From Methanolobus sp. (GTDB lineage Archaea > Halobacteriota > Methanosarcinia > Methanosarcinales > Methanosarcinaceae), in assembly GCA_021767785.1 (NCBI GenBank), contig JAASSR010000001.1, positions 7,745-71,744 of the forward strand: a stretch of DNA of 64,000 nucleotides, read 5' to 3'. Below the pieces are notes generated by a model. The model searched no databases. It was not told where the DNA came from and saw nothing but the letters and a program-made list of their open reading frames with translations. Shown here piece after piece: positions 58,967 to 64,000 of this stretch. The position numbers and the translations under genes are program-made. Within the stretch, counting starts at the first letter, position 1. Every line of letters begins with the position of its first letter.

Positions 58967-61201
58967 ATGGTTGCAATTAAAACCAAAGAAACTCTCGGAC
59001 GCAGTCTGGGTTTTTTTCAGACGTTTGCTGTTGGTACTGGCACAATGATAGGAGCAGGTATATTCATATTGCCCGGAATAGCAATATCTACAGCAGGTCC
59101 TGCAGCTATTATCTCTTTTCTGCTTGGTGGAATCATATCTATGGCAACTGCCATCAGTATGGCCGAACTTGCTACTGGTATGCCAAAGGCAGGAGGCAGT
59201 TATTATTTCATTAGCAGAGCTATGGGAGCTGCTTTTGGCACTGTAATTGGTTTTGGTGCTTGGCTTGCACTTGTTTTCAAGGGTTCTTTCGCTCTGATAG
59301 GACTTGCAGACTATCTTTTTGTTTTTTTCCCGATTCCTATTCTATTGTCTGCCACTGTAGCAGGTTTATTTCTGCTTATTATTAATTATCGTGGGGCACG
59401 CAGCAGTGGGTCGTTACAGAATATAATTGTTATTTTTCTTATTCTGATACTTGCAATATTCATTGCCAAAGGAATTTTTATTTTTGATTCTCAAAAGTTT
59501 ACCCCATTTATGCCATTTGGATACAGTTCAGTATTTACCACTACCGGTCTTATATTTATCTCGTATCTTGGGATCACTCAACTAGCAGCAATATCTGAGG
59601 AAGTGAAAGAACCTTCTAAGAATCTTCCTCGTGCTCTTATTGCATCTGTGGGTGTTGTCACTCTTATATACGTTGGAGTGATGGTTGTTGTAAGTGGTAA
59701 TTTAACATTAAATGAATCACTTAATACTTTGACTCCTCTTGTTGATGTTTCTATGATGATGGCAGGGGATGTTGGAAAAATAATGATAGTAATTGCAGGC
59801 CTACTCGCAACACTATCTACAGCTAATTCTGCTATTCTTTCTTCTTCTCGCTTTCCCTTTGCCATGGGCAGAGATGAACTGATACCCAGATGGTTTGTTG
59901 AAATACATAAAAAACATGATACTCCATATAATGCTATTATTGCTACTGGTTTTGTTATGATTATATTGTTGTTGCTTTTGAATGTGGAACAACTGGCAAA
60001 ACTTGGGAGTACTTTCAACATCTTGATTTTTGTTTTGATAAATCTTTCTGTAATCATTCTGAGAAAAAGATCACTTGAAGAGTATAAGCCTGTTTTCCGT
60101 GATCCATTTTTTCCTTTTACTCAAATTATAGGTATTATTTTCAGTATTGCTTTGTTGCCTTCTTTGGGTTTATTACCAATGCTCTTTGCATTATTTGCAA
60201 TCGCTACGGGTCTTCTATGGTATAATTTTTATGGCAAAGAAAAAGCTTATCCTAAATATGATATTTTTGATGTACTGGAAAATAATATCCAGCCTCTCTC
60301 ACTTAAAGACAGTTCTACGATTAAAATACTGGTTCCTCTTTCAAATCCTCGACATGAAATTGATTTGCTTTATCTTGCTGATCATCTTGGTGATGAGATA
60401 ATAGGCCTTAATGTGATCAAAGTCCCACAACAAACGAGCCTCTCTGCCGCAAGAGATGCATTTCATTCAAAAAGGATCGCTATAGATGGTATATTAAAGG
60501 AGAGGTTCGAACAATTTCCTATTATTGTTGGTCACAAGAGGGAGTATATTATATCATTTGATCATAGTATAACAAATTCAATTCTGGAGCAGGCAGAGAT
60601 AGAAAATGTAGACTTTATAGTAATCGGATGGCATGAAGCTAATAGATTCCAGCCATCTATGGGTACAGTTGCAAACAGGATTCTTTCTACATCAAGAAAC
60701 AATATAATTGTTCTTAGTGGATATATTCCAGAGAAGGTTGAACGCATTGTTGTTGCTTATAATGGGAAGGATAATTCCGTATATGGACTCCATCTTGCTA
60801 AAAGGTTAGCCAAAAATACCGGGGCTCAGTTGCATATGATCAGAGTTATTGATCCAGAAATGACAGATGATGAAAAGAATTCTATTAAGCAAGGCCTCGA
60901 ATCGGCTTCAGGTGATAGTTCAATATCCAATGTGTTTCTACATTTCCCGGAAAGTCCATCTACAGAGGCAGCTATACTTGATTTTGTTGAAGATGATGAT
61001 GTTCTTATAATAGGTGATTCCAGTAAAAGATTCAAGTTCTCACTAATAGGTGACCTTCCTTCCATATTGATCAGAGAACATAAAGGGGCCGTAATGATAA
61101 TTAAGAAACGCAAACCATTTTCTTCAGAAGGTTTGTATAGTGTTGCTATGAATAAGTTAAAGATGCTGAAGCTTTCCATTAGACGTATCTTTGGTAAATG
61201 A
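58967..61201 (+). CDS. APC-family amino-acid permease fused to tandem universal stress protein (Usp) domains
   Basis: FAVGTGTMIGAGIFILPG permease start, 12 or so TMs, then two Usp-like alpha/beta units (KILVPLSNP... and RIVVAYNGKDNS...). Confidence 0.8.
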   Translation: MVAIKTKETLGRSLGFFQTFAVGTGTMIGAGIFILPGIAISTAGPAAIISFLLGGIISMATAISMAELATGMPKAGGSYYFISRAMGAAFGTVIGFGAWLALVFKGSFALIGLADYLFVFFPIPILLSATVAGLFLLIINYRGARSSGSLQNIIVIFLILILAIFIAKGIFIFDSQKFTPFMPFGYSSVFTTTGLIFISYLGITQLAAISEEVKEPSKNLPRALIASVGVVTLIYVGVMVVVSGNLTLNESLNTLTPLVDVSMMMAGDVGKIMIVIAGLLATLSTANSAILSSSRFPFAMGRDELIPRWFVEIHKKHDTPYNAIIATGFVMIILLLLLNVEQLAKLGSTFNILIFVLINLSVIILRKRSLEEYKPVFRDPFFPFTQIIGIIFSIALLPSLGLLPMLFALFAIATGLLWYNFYGKEKAYPKYDIFDVLENNIQPLSLKDSSTIKILVPLSNPRHEIDLLYLADHLGDEIIGLNVIKVPQQTSLSAARDAFHSKRIAIDGILKERFEQFPIIVGHKREYIISFDHSITNSILEQAEIENVDFIVIGWHEANRFQPSMGTVANRILSTSRNNIIVLSGYIPEKVERIVVAYNGKDNSVYGLHLAKRLAKNTGAQLHMIRVIDPEMTDDEKNSIKQGLESASGDSSISNVFLHFPESPSTEAAILDFVEDDDVLIIGDSSKRFKFSLIGDLPSILIREHKGAVMIIKKRKPFSSEGLYSVAMNKLKMLKLSIRRIFGK

Positions 61202-61318
61202 TTATTCATTTCAAAGTCGAATACTTTCACCCTGCTTACGTCCAGGTTATATAGTGTTACAACATACAGTATAATTGCCTCTCCAGAAGAAACAAACAAG
61301 AGGCTTGAGGATTTGAAT

Positions 61319-62248
61319 ATGAAGGAATTAGCACAGGAAATAAGTGCCAGGTTCAATGAACTTGGAGTGGAGATCCCTATCGGGGAAATTGAAGAGCGCC
61401 TTGACAAGATGATCAACAAGTTCAAGGTTCCTAAGGAAGAAGCACGCAGAAGTGTTGTAAACTATTTCTTAAAATCATACAATATCAACCGGAATGAGTT
61501 TTATACCGGTCAGTCCGATTCTCCTGTGGAGAACATCTCTGGTGCGACAGAAGATGGAAAATGGCTGGGTGTCAGAGGAAAAGTGATCCAGTTATGGGAC
61601 AATTCACACGAATCAATATCCCAGGTAGGTCTTATAGGGGATGAAACAGGCACTATCAAATTCACAGTGTGGGAAAGTGCAAATGCACCTCTGGTGGAAG
61701 AAAATAAAAGTTACCTGTTTAAGAATGTTGTTGTGAATGAGTGGAATGGTAAGTTCCAGTTGAACGTAAATAAGACCAGTTCTATTGAATCTATTGATGA
61801 TGATATCGAAGTTGGTAATGCTACTGTTGGATTCAGCGGCGCGATGGTTGATATACAGTCCGGTTCAGGTCTCATCAAAAGATGTCCTGAATGTAATAGA
61901 GCACTGACTAAAGGAGCGTGTATGGAACATGGTAAAGTGGACGGAGTTTACGATCTTCGCATCAAGGCGGTAATGGACGATGGTGTTTCCGTGCAGGATG
62001 CAATACTGAAAAGAGATCAGGTCGAAGATATCACAGGTATGACACTTGAAAGTGCAATTGCTCTTGCGGCTGATGCCCTTGATCAGGGAGTGGTACTTGA
62101 ACAAATGAAAGGTTCGCTTGTTGGCAGATACTATCGAATAAAAGGAGTAAGAATTGACAGATATCTTCTGGTAGAATCAATAGAATCTGTATTCTCATAC
62201 GAACAGTCAGAGCTGGATGAACTTATAGCTGAAGCAGAGGTGATCTAA
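61319..62248 (+). CDS. Replication protein A (OB folds plus zinc finger), second paralog
   Basis: OB fold VRGKVIQLWD...GDETGTIKFTVWE and CPECNRALTKGACMEHG zinc knuckle; TTG 61313 is an alternative start. Confidence 0.8.
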   Translation: MKELAQEISARFNELGVEIPIGEIEERLDKMINKFKVPKEEARRSVVNYFLKSYNINRNEFYTGQSDSPVENISGATEDGKWLGVRGKVIQLWDNSHESISQVGLIGDETGTIKFTVWESANAPLVEENKSYLFKNVVVNEWNGKFQLNVNKTSSIESIDDDIEVGNATVGFSGAMVDIQSGSGLIKRCPECNRALTKGACMEHGKVDGVYDLRIKAVMDDGVSVQDAILKRDQVEDITGMTLESAIALAADALDQGVVLEQMKGSLVGRYYRIKGVRIDRYLLVESIESVFSYEQSELDELIAEAEVI

Positions 62249-62818
62249 ATGGTCGGATATTCAAGGGAAGTTGCCAGGAGAGTATTTGCTCAGGAGTTCA
62301 GGGAATCCAATCTCACGTTCAAGGATGGTGATGATCAATATGCTCCTCAGTATCTTATGACGCCAACCGGAGCAAAGGTAAATCGTGTATTCATAGTTGG
62401 GACTCTCATTGAGAAAGAAGATATTGGTACCGACTCCGAGTACTGGCGTGGTCGGGTCACAGATCCTACGGGTTCATTCCTGATATATGCAGGTCAGTAT
62501 CAGCCGGAAGCTGCTCAGATATTGGCTGAATGCGAAACACCGGCCTTTGTTGCTGTTGTTGGCAAACCAAGCACATACACTACAGGTGAAGGAGATGTCC
62601 TGACCTCGGTACGTCCTGAATCATTCCATATTGTGGATGGACAGACAAGAGATCTGTGGGTACTGGAAACTGCAGAATGTACTATTGAAAGAATAAAGGC
62701 TCTTGAGGATGGTACGTCACCGAATATTCAAAAGGCAAAAGAATATTACGATCCCGATATAAAACATTACTCTTCAATTGTTCTGGATGCTCTGAAATCC
62801 TTGAAAGAAACATTTTGA
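62249..62818 (+). CDS. RPA-associated OB-fold protein (COG3390-like, Rpap), second paralog
   Basis: REVARRVFAQEFRES...PQYLMTPTGAKVNRVFIVGTLIE; begins at the base after the rpa stop. Confidence 0.65.
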   Translation: MVGYSREVARRVFAQEFRESNLTFKDGDDQYAPQYLMTPTGAKVNRVFIVGTLIEKEDIGTDSEYWRGRVTDPTGSFLIYAGQYQPEAAQILAECETPAFVAVVGKPSTYTTGEGDVLTSVRPESFHIVDGQTRDLWVLETAECTIERIKALEDGTSPNIQKAKEYYDPDIKHYSSIVLDALKSLKETF

Positions 62819-62928
62819 AGTGTGAATGGGAAAGAGTATTTAATCTTCTTACTCTTTCACTTTTCAAATATAAAGCACCAACCAAAAATGCCATAAGTAA
62901 CGCCAGCATTGAATTCTATGGGTGTTGT

Positions 62929-63162
62929 ATGAAAACTTATCTAATGCTCTGGTTCAATAGTAACGGTGCTTTCCCTTCAGAAGTGAACAGGAGTCTGATG
63001 TCTCTCGGTTTCAAACCTGTTCAGGGAAATTATGACTATGTTTACGAATGGGAAGACAATGTGGATCTTAATGAAATACTTCTGTTTACCGATAAGATTC
63101 AGATGACATTGAATGGTACAGGCGTTATGTTCAAAACAGAAACTATCAATGGCCAGGATTAA
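62929..63162 (+). CDS. Small hypothetical protein
   Basis: 77 aa from ATG 62929 (MKTYLMLWFNSNGAFPSEV...); the track ORF opens at 62815; no family recognised. Confidence 0.3.
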   Translation: MKTYLMLWFNSNGAFPSEVNRSLMSLGFKPVQGNYDYVYEWEDNVDLNEILLFTDKIQMTLNGTGVMFKTETINGQD

Positions 63163-63169
63163 GCCTTTT

Positions 63170-63715
63170 TCAGCTCCCATCTTCTCCAAGTTTACGGGAA
63201 AAGTCGATATATCCGCAGGATTGTCCTGTTATAGGGATTATATTCGTGCTTATTGTGGCATTATAGATTCCGATTTCAACTGCACAGGGGTCTGACATAC
63301 GTGGTTTTGTAGGTGACCCCGGGCAGATAAGAAGCACATCACTTTTTTCGATAACAGGTCTGTGAAGGTGGCCGAAAACAAGTATATCAACACCCATTTC
63401 AAGGGCCATGTATCTTGCTGCTGTAGTATCAACGATTGATAGTGAAGCCTGATGAATAACTCCTATCTTCACTCCATCGACTTCAAATACAAGCTTTTCA
63501 GGAAGGATGTCTTTGATAGGGGCTTCGTCTGAATTTCCGTGTACTGCTTTAAGTTTGCCGGTTGCGTCAAGTGCTTTGAAAAAAGACAGTGAATCAAAAT
63601 CTCCTGCGTGTATTATGATGTCATATGGATCAAAAAGATCTTCAAGGTAGGGTGGAATCCTTTCATTATTAAGATGCGTGTCCGATATAACAATGATCTT
63701 CATGATATCACTCAA
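63170..63715 (-). CDS. Metallophosphoesterase (YfcE/MJ0936 family)
   Basis: 181 aa; ISDTH, GDFD, GNSD, GH and GSP metallophosphoesterase blocks. Confidence 0.8.
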   Translation of the reverse strand: MSDIMKIIVISDTHLNNERIPPYLEDLFDPYDIIIHAGDFDSLSFFKALDATGKLKAVHGNSDEAPIKDILPEKLVFEVDGVKIGVIHQASLSIVDTTAARYMALEMGVDILVFGHLHRPVIEKSDVLLICPGSPTKPRMSDPCAVEIGIYNATISTNIIPITGQSCGYIDFSRKLGEDGS

Positions 63716-63727
63716 AATTACTGCAAA

Positions 63728-64000
63728 TTATTGAATATTAAGATCGACAAGTTCGTATTCGAGGTTCTCACTTTCAAGCCTGCTTAAGATGGAAGGTACC
63801 TCTTCGTCAATCGCAAGTACCAGTGATGAGAGACCATGGTATGCAGCTTCTATAACAGATTCTTTTGCCCCGAACATAACATCCGGTTCAAAGTCTATTC
63901 GCTTTAAAGCTATAAGAGACTCCACGCCTATGGTGGCTATATATGATTTGGATCTTGCAAGTGATCTCAAACGTTCTAAGTCTACATTGCGGGATCCGCC
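63728..64000 (-). CDS. Hypothetical protein, C-terminal part (gene continues beyond the window)
   Basis: The reading frame stays open to the window edge on the minus strand; no family recognised. Confidence 0.3.
   Translation of the reverse strand, partial: GGSRNVDLERLRSLARSKSYIATIGVESLIALKRIDFEPDVMFGAKESVIEAAYHGLSSLVLAIDEEVPSILSRLESENLEYELVDLNIQ

Noticed and set aside
60826-61425. A 199-aa minus-strand ORF overlapping the Usp domains of the APC permease and the following intergenic region
   Set aside because: It is a shadow ORF in AT-rich coding DNA with a serine/isoleucine-rich translation and no features.

Overview
All family calls below come from reading motifs in the supplied translations and DNA; no database search or program was run.

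The window looks like a chromosomal segment of a methanogenic euryarchaeon of the Methanosarcinales type, AT-rich and probably a marine or methylotrophic lineage. The evidence is an archaeal histone, PriS/GINS, RFC and RPA, aIF2-alpha/Nop10/L44e/S27e, Pelota, and a complete mmcA-rnfCDGEAB cluster.

Layout from left to right:
- 0-3.4 kb: enolase, a LarA-like enzyme and a LysE exporter.
- 3.5-19.6 kb: an unusually dense accessory block. It holds six FtsX/MacB-type ABC permeases, three MacB/LolD-type ATPases, three paralogous COG1361/CARDB-like single-pass surface proteins, a PGF-CTERM surface protein, a Yip1-like membrane protein and a degenerate pyrophosphatase-like ORF.
- 19.6-25.3 kb: small membrane or sensor proteins, a wHTH regulator, a response regulator/Cache histidine kinase/YbjQ unit and a PAS histidine kinase.
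- 25.7 kb: tRNA-Ser(CGA) carrying an apparent 30-nt intron in the D-arm.
- 25.8-31.2 kb: a co-directional information-processing array of EndoQ-like, PAC2, Nop10, aIF2-alpha, S27e, L44e, GINS and PriS.
- 31.3-34.4 kb: an NFACT (Rqc2-like) gene next to pelota.
- 34.9-39.7 kb: an AceP-like acetate channel, then a redox/oxidative-stress set of FTR-like, glutaredoxin-like and Rieske proteins plus a GC-rich katG island.
- 40.0-42.6 kb: DacZ-like diadenylate cyclase, LigT/ThpR and ApbE.
- 42.7-50.0 kb: an orphan ORF (42746-43150), then the multihaem cytochrome gene mmcA followed by rnfCDGEAB and a DUF4870 gene.
- 50.1-64.0 kb: RFC small subunit, histone, flavodoxin, two rpa-rpap operons, an aldolase, two transporter-regulator fusion genes and a phosphoesterase.

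I found no rRNA, CRISPR array, transposase or integrase.

The best candidate for an undescribed system is the triplicated ABC-plus-surface-protein module. Secondary leads:
- the D-arm tRNA intron
- an EF-hand loop inside MmcA
- a shared N-terminal module between the FTR-like and Grx-like proteins
- the katG compositional island
- the start-codon problem at rfcS
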